Program-made: the position numbers and the translations under genes | In this document: positions 37,937-52,200 of the stretch, one piece after another | Layout of the letters: every line of letters begins with the position of its first letter | Position numbering within the stretch: the first letter of the stretch is position 1 | Source: Adineta vaga | Lineage: Eukaryota > Animalia > Rotifera | DNA: 64,000 nucleotides | Direction: 5' to 3' | Assembly: GCA_021613535.1 (NCBI GenBank) | Contig: CP075492.1 | Location: 13,702,001-13,766,000 of the forward strand | The notes under the pieces: generated by a model | Databases searched by the model: none | What the model saw: only the letters and a program-made list of their open reading frames with translations | What the model was told of the DNA's origin: nothing

Positions 37937-39004
37937 ATGTTACTGAGCGGTAAATATCATCAATCCAACATCAAATATGTATGGTTTCTGATATCCATAA
38001 TATGTCTAACGATTGTATCCTATCTAACTCTATTCAAATCAGTTCCAAACATTTTATCATGGACATTAACAATTAAAACAACATTAACATCTGTGATACG
38101 CACTAGTACTACGACTACTCAGTCGCTGTTCAAGCCTAAAAAACCATCGTGTATTCCATTTACCATACCCGATAATCGATCATTTTTTGAGCGTGAATAT
38201 CCTCAATCGAATTTGCCACGACTTATATCAAGTTCAACTTATCGAAATGTCACTCAACAGCTTAACTCTCGTCGATTAGTTGTTGTAGGATGTGCTCGTA
38301 ATGTTCAATCAAATATTGATAATTATCGAAGTCGTATAGAACAAATTATTGATTTATTTCATTCATCATCTCGTATTCTGATTTTTGAAAGTGATTCGAG
38401 TGATGAAACTAGCAAAAAATTAATGCAATGGTCACGTGCAGAAGTTTTTACAAATGGGACCTTAACAAGATCATATCCGTCTCGTACCGATCGACTTTCC
38501 TATTGTCGAAATACACTGTTAACTAAGGCATATAACTATACACCTGATTATATTCTTGTTACTGACGTAGATATATTTTCTACTAGTGTTTCTTCGTTTC
38601 TATCAAATTTTCAATATGATACAAACGACTGGGCTGTGATGACAGCATCAACAAATGGAAACTATTATGATATTTGGGCATTACGAACATTATCAGATTC
38701 AGTTATGAATTTTGATGTATGGCATCGAATATGGGAGTTAGAAAGATCTGCTGCGAAGTATTGTAACCCATCAAGATTTACTGATCTCATTATTGGTATT
38801 CATCAGAAACATATTTCAACTGAACACGGTCTTATTGAAGTACGTTCTGCATTTGGTGGTGCTGGTTTGTATAAAGTAAATTCAACATATGGATGTCAAT
38901 ACGATGGTAGCCATTCTACTTGTGAACATGTTCCTTTTCATTTATGCATGCGAGACAAAAATCGAGCTAGAATATTTATTAATCCGCAGTTTATAGTTCG
39001 ATAA
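37937..39004 (+). CDS. GT-A fold glycosyltransferase, type II membrane
   Basis: TM anchor, Thr-rich stem, GCARN, IFESDSSD, RLSYCRN, DxD (TDVD), YYDIWALR, VRSAFGGAGLY, CEHV. Intronless. Confidence 0.82.
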   Translation: MLLSGKYHQSNIKYVWFLISIICLTIVSYLTLFKSVPNILSWTLTIKTTLTSVIRTSTTTTQSLFKPKKPSCIPFTIPDNRSFFEREYPQSNLPRLISSSTYRNVTQQLNSRRLVVVGCARNVQSNIDNYRSRIEQIIDLFHSSSRILIFESDSSDETSKKLMQWSRAEVFTNGTLTRSYPSRTDRLSYCRNTLLTKAYNYTPDYILVTDVDIFSTSVSSFLSNFQYDTNDWAVMTASTNGNYYDIWALRTLSDSVMNFDVWHRIWELERSAAKYCNPSRFTDLIIGIHQKHISTEHGLIEVRSAFGGAGLYKVNSTYGCQYDGSHSTCEHVPFHLCMRDKNRARIFINPQFIVR

Positions 39005-39299
39005 GTAGTATTCATTTTGATTTGTAATTAAATCTAATTAAGTAATTACTAACGAGGTCTTTTTCGTACAATCGTGGAATTGTGCATGCAAGTATTTTAT
39101 TATGTAATATTAGGGTTTTTTTTCTGTATGATCATGAAATGTTACTGTCAAAAATACATAAATACATACTTATAATTGAAATACAGATGTAATTGTTACA
39201 TTTATATTTTAATTAGAAAAATTTCGAACACATAAATCGATATTATTCCACATCATGTAGTATATAATAAGATTTCTTTTTAGTACTAGTTCACGATAT

Positions 39300-40181
39300 C
39301 TATGGACGATGGATAATTATTTGTTTGAGAAAACTACGTACAGGCTGATTCATATAGATTAAGAAGATAACATCATGAAGTATGGTCAATGATGGTAGTA
39401 TTTGAAAACAAGCATCGAGAAAACGGGGAATTGAATCGTTCTTATTAAACATTTGTATAACAAACGAAGGAGTCCATCCTATAAAAAATACTATAAAAGT
39501 CCCGATCATTGTTTTAAGTAAAAACACATCACGTGAATGTGACACTTGATATCCAGTACCTGTTGTATGTACACGACGAGTAGATTGATGGACAAATACA
39601 AAAATTCGAGCATTACATACAGTTACGATTGTAATTGGTATGAAAAGAGTCGTTATTAGAGTATAATATGGTAAAAACGTTGCTTGTGTAGTTATTGAAC
39701 AAGCGAAACCATCGACAAACAAATATGGTAAAGCAATAAGAAAAGCAACAAGCCATCCACATCCAATACAAATCCATATATAAATATTTGAACGAAAGAA
39801 ATGTTTATTTGCATGTACAATCGTAAATAACCTACTGATAGCAACTACACAATGTGAATACATTAACTGACATGCAGCCATATCTGATAAATATCCTTGT
39901 AATCGACACGATAAACGACTTGATATGTTCAATAGTTGTTGGATTTGTATTCCAAATATTAAAATACATAACCATGCACTTGTAAGACATACATTTATAG
40001 TAAACCAATTGAGTTTATTGCTTCGAAATATCGGTCGACTAAGTATTAGAATCGTATAACCAATAGCAAGAATAATAGAGAGCAAAAGAATCGGTAATTG
40101 AATGATAATAGTCGTTGAATCATCTGAAAAACCAACATTACTGATAGATTGATTACTATCAACAGTAATATTCTTACTCAT
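39300..40181 (-). CDS. Rhodopsin-like 7TM GPCR
   Basis: Seven TM segments, TM3 Cys (SCRLQ), AISRL, GWTP, MNQPVR. First ATG at 40181. Confidence 0.82.
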   Translation of the reverse strand: MSKNITVDSNQSISNVGFSDDSTTIIIQLPILLLSIILAIGYTILILSRPIFRSNKLNWFTINVCLTSAWLCILIFGIQIQQLLNISSRLSCRLQGYLSDMAACQLMYSHCVVAISRLFTIVHANKHFFRSNIYIWICIGCGWLVAFLIALPYLFVDGFACSITTQATFLPYYTLITTLFIPITIVTVCNARIFVFVHQSTRRVHTTGTGYQVSHSRDVFLLKTMIGTFIVFFIGWTPSFVIQMFNKNDSIPRFLDACFQILPSLTILHDVIFLIYMNQPVRSFLKQIIIHRP

Positions 40182-41052
40182 GACGATACTTGTGTATGAT
40201 GTCAAAAAAAAACAAATGCATGATTATCATCATCGCATAGAACAAATATAATGAAACTAATTCCATAACATCGCATCCGTTCATCTTCTTATAGAGAAAA
40301 AACGTTTCTATAGCAACACATTTCACGTTGTCTGGATAGAATTATAAATAAGTTTGTATTTTAAGGATGATATATTTATGACGATGACTACTACAATATT
40401 GTAGTTTTATGGAGTGTATGAATAATACGACTGATGAATATATTATATTTCTGCTTTTAGAAGAAAATCAACTTTTTTATTCTTCATCTTCAAGATCCTT
40501 GGTTAACAAAGCTCATTAGAAGTATATAGAATCTAATTTTAGCATCTATTTGTAAATAGACAATTTGAATTCAATCAAAAATTGAAGTTATACTAAATAA
40601 TTTGATGAAGTAGAATTAAAATGTTGACTCAGTACACATTTGACATATTAACAGAAGTATTTTTTTCCTTCTATCTGACAAATTTGCTTACTCTTTTTTT
40701 TCTGTTTGTCAAGGTAAATAACATTATCACATGGGCATATGTATTTTCTTCGTTTCTTCTGTCTGACATGTTGCCGCTGGTTTTACGTTCTCTATTTATA
40801 CAATATAGAGAAAGAAAAGTGATCGATTGCAAACACATATATTCAATGAAATGCATGCTTATTATTCCGTCAGTATAAAACGACGGTAATATATTTGTAT
40901 GTACAATTTTTGCTTCTCTTTACTCTGCACCATCATACTGATCATTACAATAAAATGACATAAAAATGTAAGTGTAAATTGCAAGTTTGTTTATGTATGT
41001 TGACTGTAGTTATTCGTTTTTTTCTTTCAAAAGTGAATATATAATAACACTT

Positions 41053-44000
41053 ATGGAGAATAGTGAACTAAATGAATTGACCATATTAGTCGATGACATC
41101 AACAGACCAGTCGAAGGTGATGAACATGATCACTTCGATTCTCATCCATTACAAATAAATCATTCAAACAGTAAAGATCAAGGTGATTATGTTTAATAAC
41201 AGTGCAAATTGACTTAACTGATTGTTTACTTTTGATTTATTTAGAACGATCTGTATATCCTACTATGGCATCAGAAGTAGAAGAACGAGTTAAACATGTA
41301 TGTTTATATATATAAATAAAAATTGAGAGTAAAGAACGAGTTTTTAAATTACAGGTGATCGATACATTGAAACTTAATCTAGCAGATTCAACTAGGTGAG
41401 TTGCTTTCGTAAAGTTCGTATAATACAAGTGAATCCTCTCAATATGTTTATTTAGTGACATTCCAGCGTATTTTGGCTTTTTGAAATTTGTTTATGCAAA
41501 CGATGCTGATAAAAACGATCGTTTATCTTCGGTAAATAATATTCTATGTTAAGTTCTTAAAACGAGTCTCCTATTTCTTTAGTTCATACATCTTGCTACA
41601 GAATCACGGCCGTGGATGGTAGCAAATCTTATTGAAGCATATCATCTTCCTACTCCCGATTTTATTCTATCAATTCAAACTGGAAGCATTCAACAGTACG
41701 GACCATATAAAGATAGATCTGGTATTCAAATTGAAACTGAACATGCTATTCAACGTGGTCTAACTGCTCTAGCAACAATTACACGTGAGTAATTGAGAGA
41801 TGTTTTGAACGAATCGATATTATTATTTAGATCCATGGGTGACAACGAGTTGTAATAAACAAGACATGATTAAATTAGTTGGCAATGCATTACATCGAGA
41901 TATGTGTGGGGCTGATGTTCCTTGTATTAGTTTTTGTAATTGGAAATCTGTTGCAGGTAGACTTTATACATTCAATCAGTATATATGTATGATTGAAACA
42001 ATATCGTTTATTTAGATCATTCTCAATTAGAAAAAGGAAAAACTCTAATTTCACATCTTTTTGATACGCGATTTGTGGTAAAGAAATAAGATTAATCTAT
42101 AAATTTGATTTGGATTGTTTTTTGTTAGATGAACGATAGAAGTAGTGGACCACGTTTTATTCATGAATATCAATTAACAAAAAATAATGATAATGAAACG
42201 AGCATTTCTGGTTGGCATCTTGATCCAAATCATACTCATTTTCTTCTTTTTGATGATGGATCAAATGATGTTAAAAATATGCTATTAAAACGTCAAGAAA
42301 TCGAACATGAATTCAGTATTAGTAAAGCATTAAAATCACCTGTCAATGGTTACCAACCAATGAGTACGAGTACGTACTAAACATCATTTTTATAAATATG
42401 TATATGTACATATTATTCTTTTTGCTAGTATTTGATAATGATATTCCCATTGTTATGATATTATTGGGTGGTAATTTTACAACATTGATTGCTATATGTC
42501 AAGGTTTAGAAAATGGAACACCCGTTGTCGTTGTTCGAGTAAACATTTGATCGTTTGGTTGTTTTCAATGAAATGAAAGATGATTTGTACTGTAGGATAC
42601 TGGTGGTTTAGCTGATATTATAGCTCAATTATGTCGCAAGTTATCACCAATGGATGAACTTGCAGAATTTCGAAAGATAACATATATTGAAGAATGTAAA
42701 ATAGAATTGAAACGATTATGTTATGAAGAAGGTATACTATCGGAACGTGATGATGAAATTAAAATTAATGATCAAATATCTGAAATTGAAAAATATGTCG
42801 ACGTATTGAAAGAAATGGAAAAACTTATTGTAATATTTGATGCAATTGAACGTAAAAATAATTTAGAAAACGCTGTTGCTGATGCAATGTTAAACGGAAT
42901 AAAGTATCGAGTAGAAAATTATGAACAATTCTTCAGTTCAGAAACCAGAGCAGCAGAATTAGAATGGTGTTTAGTAAGTAATTCAAAGATTTCTTTCCAT
43001 ATGATATGTAAGATATATTATTTCTTTAGATATGGAATAAAATTGATCATGCTCTTCAATTATTAATCGATCGTAATGATAAGACAATAATGTCAATGAA
43101 TGACATGAATTTAAATAAAGATCAAGTAAACGAAACAAGATTTCGATAGTAGAGGTAAATGTTACTGAATGTTTTTTCTTTTAAATAGAAAATAACCTTG
43201 ACCCAACAATTATTATACGAAGCTTTGTATCGAAATAACGTTCTTTTCGTCAATCTATTGGTAGAATGTGGTGCATCAATAGAAGAATTAACAGAAGAAC
43301 AACTCATTGTTATTTGTATCAAAACTATGGTAACTAAATTATTCACAATTCAAGACAACTATAATGTTTTTTCTTTTCTTCAGAACGATGGTGCCCTTCC
43401 ATTAGAACATGTATCTAACAAATACTATCCATATACACATGATATAACAATAAATCAATTGAAAAAATATGTCGAACAAATTTACAATAGTTATCTTCGA
43501 GAATATTTAGGTCATTATGTAAGCATTCTCTGTAGATTTTTGAAACAGATCATATCGTTTCGTTCTTCTGTAATTTAGATTTCACAAGATATAAGTCGAA
43601 AAAGAATACAAGCAAGAAATGAACGTTTTAGTGGATTTAATATTGGAAAAATTATGAGTTCGAATACTAATCGAATATCCAAAATATTCGAAGGACGAAA
43701 AATCGAAGCACTCTACCTTTGGTTTGTATTCATGAATCTACCAGATATGGCCAAATATCTTTGTTCTCGATGTCGAGTAAGATATATACTCTCTATTTAC
43801 TATTACTATTTTCATATTATTAGAATCAAACAGTGGGAACTCTCCTTGCCAGTGACATTTACTTTGCAGCAACCAGAAGAAATACACAAAACAAACGGAA
43901 TCTTCAAATAATGGCACAGTAGGTTGATAAAATCATCTGCTCTTTTATGTATGAATTTATGAAAATAGAGAATTCGATCGACATTCAAGAGGCATCATTG

Positions 44001-46228
44001 ACAAATGTTATGCAAAAGATGATGATTTTGCATTGAAATTATTAAAATCTAAAGCAACAATGTTCTACACCTGTTTTCCATTACATATAGCACGACGAGC
44101 AGATTGTCGAGCATTTCTTGCTAGTAATACAGTACAAAAACATCTTCATAATAAATGGTTTCATAATTTTGATTATCAACGACGATTGATGAAATTACCT
44201 ATGGGAATTTGGGTTTGTTGCAAACTATTGGATCAGACGTCTTTTTAAAACGTCTTTCTGACTTTAGATCTGTCTATCATCATTATTATTACCTATGTTA
44301 CCTATTGCGTCAATAGTTTTACCTTCTCTCTATAAAAAAACCTCGATCAAAGAGAATTCATCATCAGTAAGATAAATATAATGCATTTATTCATAAGTTT
44401 TTTTTCAATGATTGAAACAATTGCATGATTGTTCAGGAACGTAACCTATTGAATCGATATCGACCAACAATAACGTATCAGTCTATATTGGAAAAAACGG
44501 ATCATCAAAGTTCAAAAGCACCTAATATGCGTGAACGAATCAAATGGTTTTATGAAGCACCAGTAGTACACTTTTACTATTACTTTGTTAGTATATACCA
44601 TTCATATAATTTCTAATCTTTATCTTATTCGATATCTAGATATTCTTTGTCTCCTTTCTGGGTTTATTCAGTTATGTTCTTCTGTTCGATTATTTTCCTT
44701 TAAATATCTATGGTGAAAAACGATCTGGTATTCAAAATTTACCTATACCTATCACTGAAATTTTATTACACATCTGTATTGCTAGTTTAATTATTGATGA
44801 AATTTATCAAGTTAGTCTTTTTTCTCAGTAGCAATAATAATTTCATTTTATTTACATGTAGTATACCTTACAAACAATCAAAGAATATCATTACAGTACA
44901 AATCCATGGAATTGGATGGATCTAACTGGAATTCTTTTTTATATAATTGCATTCATTCTTCGTTGGTTTGTCAAAGAACCAGTTTTCATCTGTTCAAAGT
45001 AAGATGTTTTCAGAAGAAACAATGAATTTTCTATATTCCGTAATTTTTATTTTTGTCTAGAATATTTATGTCTATTGATTTAATTATCTGGTATATTCGA
45101 ATACTTTATCTTTTTGCTGCATACGAAATCTTAGGACCAAAATTAACTATGATTTATGAAATGGTTAGTCTATTCTATCTCACAAACAATATCGACTCAA
45201 ATAAATACATGTGTTTTCTAGATGAAAGATGCTCTCCTAATCTTTTTATGTTTTATTCTTATTCTTCTATTCGGATTTTCGATTGCTTCATGGTCTCTTC
45301 TAACAACAACACAACAAGTCATTTGGACAAATGTAACTAATAGTACATCAACGAACAAGTTTACCATAGTAGAAGGAAATGGTGAATCGAGCAGTTGGCA
45401 ACTATTAAGAGATGTACTCAATTGGGGTATTTGGAAAGTGTTTGGACAGGTAGCTGAACCTTACAATGGTGCTGTTAGTGGTATGAATACATTTTTATTA
45501 TTGATATTAAGAATGAATGAATGCATTTTGTCTCCGTGTTTAAGAAAATGATGCTTATGGTACGTTTGTATTCATATTTGCTGTTGGTTTTACCGTAATA
45601 TCGAATGTTCTTCTTCTCAATGTTCTCATTGCAATGTTTAAGTAAGTAAAAGAAACGAATCTCATCATAGATAACTGTTTTCTGTATGGAATAGTGAGAA
45701 AATTTTACGTGTTCAAGAAAAATCAAACGAATTATGGAGATATCAACGATTCTGGTTGATCAATGAATACAAAGATAAAACTGTACTACCTCCTCCGTTG
45801 AATATTCTATGTTATCTAATTCAATTTCTGAATTATGTTATCTGTTGTAAATGTCGATCTAGATCATCTGCTTTGCTCGATCCAGATTCTGGTATCATTA
45901 TATTGTACATACGATATTTTTAGATTGATCTCGTTTCTTTATTTATAGATATTTCATCGGATGAAACTTCTATTGATATTAATATAAATGGAGAATCTTT
46001 GATTGATACTCGTCAAATGAATCGTGAAAAGTCTTCGCTGAAACGTATTGGCGACAGATATTTGAGGAAGAAAAACAAGAAAAATCGTAAATTATTTTGA
46101 CAAAGTTTAGAAAGAAAAATTTCAATATCACTTTTGTTTCATTTCATAGACTAAATAAACAACAAGATGAAACGAATGAAGTAATTCAAAATTATGATTC
46201 TCAAAAACCACTCAATGCAACACTTCAA
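41053..46228 (+). CDS. TRPM-like cation channel (N-terminal part of a probable TRPM-LRR fusion), >20 short exons
   Basis: MHR/SLOG motifs LDPNHTHFLLFDDG and IPIVMILLGG..GTPVVVVRDTGGLADII. Also LLYEALYRNNVLFVNLLVECG, WFYEAPVVHF, S4-S5 LGPKLTMIYEMMKD, pore VFGQ, S6 SNVLLLNVLIAMFN and TRP region LWRYQRFWLINEY..VLPPPLNI. As assembled, splicing gives a stop at 46152-46154. Confidence 0.9.
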
Positions 46229-46292
46229 GTATAGAAATACTAAATGCTATATTAGATGAATATTTGCTCTATTATTATTATTATTTTCATAG

Positions 46293-49200
46293 ACATTAGA
46301 ACAACTCGATTTTAGCAACAAACAAATCGGATACAAAGGCGCTGAACAACTTGCAGATGCTGTAAGAAACAGCACAGTAAGTTATACTATCATTTATTCA
46401 TATTTTCAATTTTAACTTCTTTTCTATGTTACATAGACACTGACTGAACTGGATTTATCCAAAAATCACATTGGTGACCAAGGAGTTCAATATCTTGCAG
46501 ATGCTTTATTACACAACAAAGTAAAATTCATTCCGATCGTCTTTTTTTTCAAATTCATTTTCTTTTCGTATAGACAATTATTACACTTGATCTTGCTGAT
46601 AATAATATTGGAGCACATGGAGCTCATTATCTCGCTAATGCTTTTCGAAACAATAAAGTAAATAGTATTCTTTCCTATATATGCACTCTCTCAAGTATCT
46701 ATTCAGACATTGATCAATATTAATCTTTCAAATAATCAACTTGGCGATGAAGGAATTGAATATCTAGCTGATGCTTTTCGATATAATACAGTAATCATGG
46801 ATTTTTGTTCAATACATATACTCATAAACGTGTGTATAGACGCTCAATACATTGAAACTTCCAGCGAATCGAATAACTGATTATGGTGCTGAATGTTTAG
46901 CGAAAACGCTCAGAAATAATATAGTATGTCTCTTTTCTTGTCGTCGATATTTTCATCAACATGTTTTTTTGTTCTGTGAAAAAGACAATTAACATGTTAG
47001 ATCTTCGATGGAATAATATTTCGACTAAAGGAACACAACAATTGGCTGAAGCCTTACCACATAATACAGTAGAATATTTCTCTCTATCAACATAAACATC
47101 TTCTTATATATGATATAGACACTTACTAACTTAGATCTTTCATGGAATGCAATTGACGATCAAGGTGCTCAATCTTTAGCTGATGCGTTACAAAATAATA
47201 CAGTATACCCCTTTTAAGATTTATTATTTTCGATTCGTATAACTTCGATCTTTTCTACAGATATTGGAAACACTCAATCTTGCATCCAATAGAATTGGTG
47301 GCCATGGCGCTCAACAGCTAGTAGCTGCTCGACAAAATCATGATGTTTGTTTCTTCTCTTACATACTCATTATTTTATCTCTATTCTATTTTGTAGATTC
47401 TGACGACATTCAATCTATCAAGCAATCATATAGGACATGATGGAATGAAACTGTTAGCTGATGCTTTGAAGACTAATAAAGTAATAATATCACACCACAA
47501 TTGTTCTTACGATTATTTTATTTCATAGTCAATTGTTACACTTGATCTCGCTAGTAATCGCATTGGAGATGATGGAGTACAACATTTGATTTTTGCACTA
47601 AAAAATAATACAGTATATATCTTTCGTTGCGCACTCCTGTTTTTATTTTTCTTTGCACTTCATCGTTCGCACTTATAGACATTGGCAACACTAAATCTAT
47701 CCAGTAATCAAATTCGTACATCTGGCATCGCATATCTTGCTCAAACTATAGAAGACACCACTGTAAATTTCAAGGGTTTTTATCCTAATTCCATGACAAT
47801 AACGCGTTTTTCGTCTAGGCACTCACAGTAATCGATCTTAGTTACAACGAAATTGGAATAACTGGTGCTAAAGATCTAGCGACTATTATCCTAACTAATG
47901 CAGTAAATACATTTAATATCAATCGAATCATTCTTATCTGTATTTATCAATATAGACGATTACCACTCTTCTTGTTTCGAATAATCAAATTGGATCTAGC
48001 GGAATCCAATATATCTCATATGCTTTACAAAATAACACAGTAAACTTTGCTTCTTATTGTTTACTTCTCTCGCACTTTAATCAATGTTCTTCTTTTGTAT
48101 AGACAATCATCAGTATAGATCTATCAAAAAATCAAATTGGAGATGAAGGTATGAAACATTTGGCGAACGCATTAAAACATAACACGGTATACAATCCTAT
48201 ATTCAAAGAGATCATTCATTCATTCATTCATTCATTCATTCATTCATATGTCTGTTTTTCATCGGCAGACAATTACTACGATTGATCTATCGCAGAATCA
48301 AATTACTGATAAAGGTATTGAACATTTAGGAAATGTTTTGAAATTCAATACGGTAAATTTTATGAATTATTCATTTCCTATCTCTAGTTAAGATTAAATA
48401 TTATCATAGACATTGACTAATATCTCTCTTGTCAGCAATAAAATAACTGATAAAGGTGCTGACTCTTTGGCAAGTTCTATTCAACAACATAAAGTAATAT
48501 TCCGTTCCCAAAAGTTATTTACGTATCTTTTTCATATCTATATTTCTCAATACAGATCATGATTAAAGAACTCAATCTAGCACATAATCTAATCGGTGAT
48601 CAGGGAGCTCGATCACTTGCTAACTATCTACAATATCAAACTGTAAATTCATTCGTCATATATTTTCTTTCTTTTATCTTCCTATATGATTATTTAGACA
48701 TTAACGAAATTGGAACTTATAGGTAATCCAATTACGAGCAATGCTTCACGCTACTTGTCCGACGCTTTTCGACATAATACGGTAAATAAATCACAATTCA
48801 TATATTTCCAAGATATACATATATAATATTCTATATATAGACACTCGTAAGTCTTAATCTTTCATTGAGTCAAATTGATGAAGAGGAGAGACAAACTGTT
48901 ACAAATGCATATCGCAGTAATTCGGTATTTATATATCTAGTACATTGTTATTCATTTCATATATATTCTATCCTTTTGCACAGACATTCACTAGTCTTGA
49001 TCTTGAACATAGTGGTATTGGACGTACGGGTGCGCAGATTCTTACAGTACTACTGCGACTAAATACAGTGAGCTTCTGATATGACTCTTTATAGACACAA
49101 CCTATTTTCTCTTATATGTAGACATTATCGAATCTCAATCTTCGACATAATAAAATAACTGGCAAAGCAATTCAACATCTTTCCGAAGCTTTACGAACTG

Positions 49201-52200
49201 GCACAGTAACTGAATATTTCAGTCATTACTTTTCCTTTCATGTCGATTTTGATAACCTAGACATTGACTACACTCGAGCTGGCAGATAATGAAATGGGTG
49301 TAGAAGGAATGCAACGTCTAGCTGATGCTATTAAACACAACCAGGTATAATGATAGGTGTCTTCTAATATAGATTGGATTCAAAATTTTTTACCTCCACA
49401 GACACTCACTACACTTGATCTTGCAGCGAATGGAATCGGTACCGAAGGAGCTCGGTATTTAGCTGATGCCATTCGAAATAACAAAGTAAAGATGTTTTTG
49501 TGAAACTATTTTCTCAATTTTATTGATTTTTGCGATTGTAGACCATCACTTCGCTGGATCTCAAATCGAACAAGATTGGTAGCGGAGGTGTACGATATTT
49601 AGCTGATGTTTTTCGAAATAATAAGGTAAATATCATGCTTTTCTCATTGTTAGTGATCATTGTATTTAGACACTCGTAACACTTGATCTCGGATCAAATG
49701 CAATCGGTACCGAAGGAATACAATATCTGGTTGATGTTTTTCAAGATAATAAAGTAGGAAGGCTTTTTTTGCTCTTGTTTCCATTAGTATAATCTCCAAG
49801 CGATTTTCTCCTTATGGATAGACATTGAGTGCACTCGATTTGGGAACAAATGGAATTGGCGTTGATGGAGCACAACATTTAGCGAATGCTTTCCGAAACA
49901 ATGTGGTGAAGATCTTTAATTATTTCATTAATCATTAACATTTCGAATTTCTTCACTTTTACATATAGACACTAACTACACTCGATCTTCGATGTAATGA
50001 AATTGGTGTAGAAGGTGTACGACATCTGAGTGATATGTTTCGAGATAATAAGGTAAATTTCTAAAAATGTTTTTTGTATACATTGTCGATATCTTTATAC
50101 TCTTTCTTTTCAATATAGACACTTACTATATTGGATCTTCGATCAAACGGAATTGGAGATAAAGGAGCACAATATTTGGCGGAAGCCTTTCGAAATAACA
50201 ATGTAATTATATTTTCTTTCATTAAGAAAACTTTGTATTTTTGACATAGACACTAACGACACTTCATCTCGGATCTAACGGTATTCGAGCCAAAGGAATA
50301 CGCTATTTGCTACTTGATGCTTTCCAATCTAATCAAGTAAACAGTCATTTTGTTTACTAAAATCAACACTAATTTTATTCGTAGACACTCACTTATTTAG
50401 ATCTATCAGATAATAAGATTAGTCTTGAAGGAGTAAAATATCTTGCTGATGGTCTTCGCACTAATAAAGTAAATTTAATTTTATATTTTACTTCGCTTCA
50501 ATGAACAACTCCATTTTCTTTGCTATAGACATTAACAAATATCAATCTTGCGAATAACAAAGTGGGCGTTGAAGGAATACAGTACATAGCCGATGCTCTA
50601 CGTAGTAATGTGGTGAGTATATATATTTCTATTATTTCTACTATTTCCATCAAAAACTTATTGGTATAGACACTCACAATGCTGGATCTATCGGGTAATA
50701 AAATGGGTGTTGAAGGGGCACAACATTTAGCTAATGCTATTCGTAATAATGAGGTAGTTATTTTTGAAAATTCTTCAATTCTATTTATACAAAATATTGT
50801 AATTCTGAAGACACTCATTATTCTCAATCTTGCGGATAATAGAATTGGTGACCAAGGAGTACAATATCTTGGCGATGCTCTTCAAAATAATACTGTAATC
50901 ATTTTTGTTTCTATTCTTATTCTCAATTGTTTAGATCTATATTCTTTCTCGTTCATAGACACTTACGACACTTGATCTATCAGATAATGAAATTGGTACT
51001 GAGGGAGCACGATATTTAGCTGATGCTTTCGAAGACAATAAAGTAAATCTTACGTATTTTTTATTCTTATCTTCCATTCAATTCATATAAAGGTTCTTAC
51101 AAAAGTCTACCTACAAAGAAGTGATATGAACAACAAAGAAACACAACGTGTATCCGATGCATTAAGAGCACATGTAGTAAGTACTATTTCTTTTCTTTGC
51201 AACTTTAAGTACAATTTTTTATTCTTAGATACAAACACTTCCGGCCCAAAATGTTCCAGTCACAGAAGTTTTAACTGATGTATCCAAAACAATAGCTGAT
51301 GTACTAAGAAATAAAAAAGTATTTTCGATTTCTTTCGTCTAATTATCGTCGATCTTCAATTTTTCAAATAGAATATGACTAAACTTTGCCTTCGAGATTT
51401 GAAAATGGGTCCTGAAGAATGTCGACATCTTGCTGCTGCTTTTCGAGATAATCAAGTTTGTTTCTCTTTTTCCTCTATTCTCAAGAAATCTTCGTTTTTT
51501 ATGTAGACACTCACTACATTGGATCTCACGTTTAATGCCATCGGTCCCGAAGGAGCACAACACATTGCTAATGCTTTTCAAGATAACAAGGTCTGTATTA
51601 TATAACCATGATGTTTTCCCATGCTATCTATACATGTATGATTTTGTTCGATAGACGCTCACAACATTATTGCTCGGATCGAATAGAATTGCTGATGAAG
51701 GAGCACGTCATTTGGCTAAAAGCTTTCGAACGAATACAGTAAATGATTGTCTTTTGTTCTCTTTATCGTACGCATCTCAACTTGTTGGGTAATAGACACT
51801 CACTACATTGGATCTGACATTGAATGGAATTGGTAGTGAAGGAGCACGTTATTTAGCTGATGCTTTTCGTCATAATGCAGTAAATATTTTTCTATTATAA
51901 TCAACAATGCATTATTTTCTTTATAGACACTCACTACACTCGATCTTCGATCGAATTCAATCGGAACTGAAGGAGCACGATGTTTTGCCGATGCATTTCG
52001 AAATAACATGGTAATTCGCGTACATTTTTTTCAGGAGAGCGCCTATTACCATCTGATCGTTTATTTTCTATGTAGACACTAACATCACTTGATTTTAGTT
52101 CGAATAAAATTAGCAATGAAGGAGCACAATATTTAGTTGACATTTTTCGCGATCAAACGGTACGAACCTTTCTCTTATCAATTTTTTTTCATTGATATTT

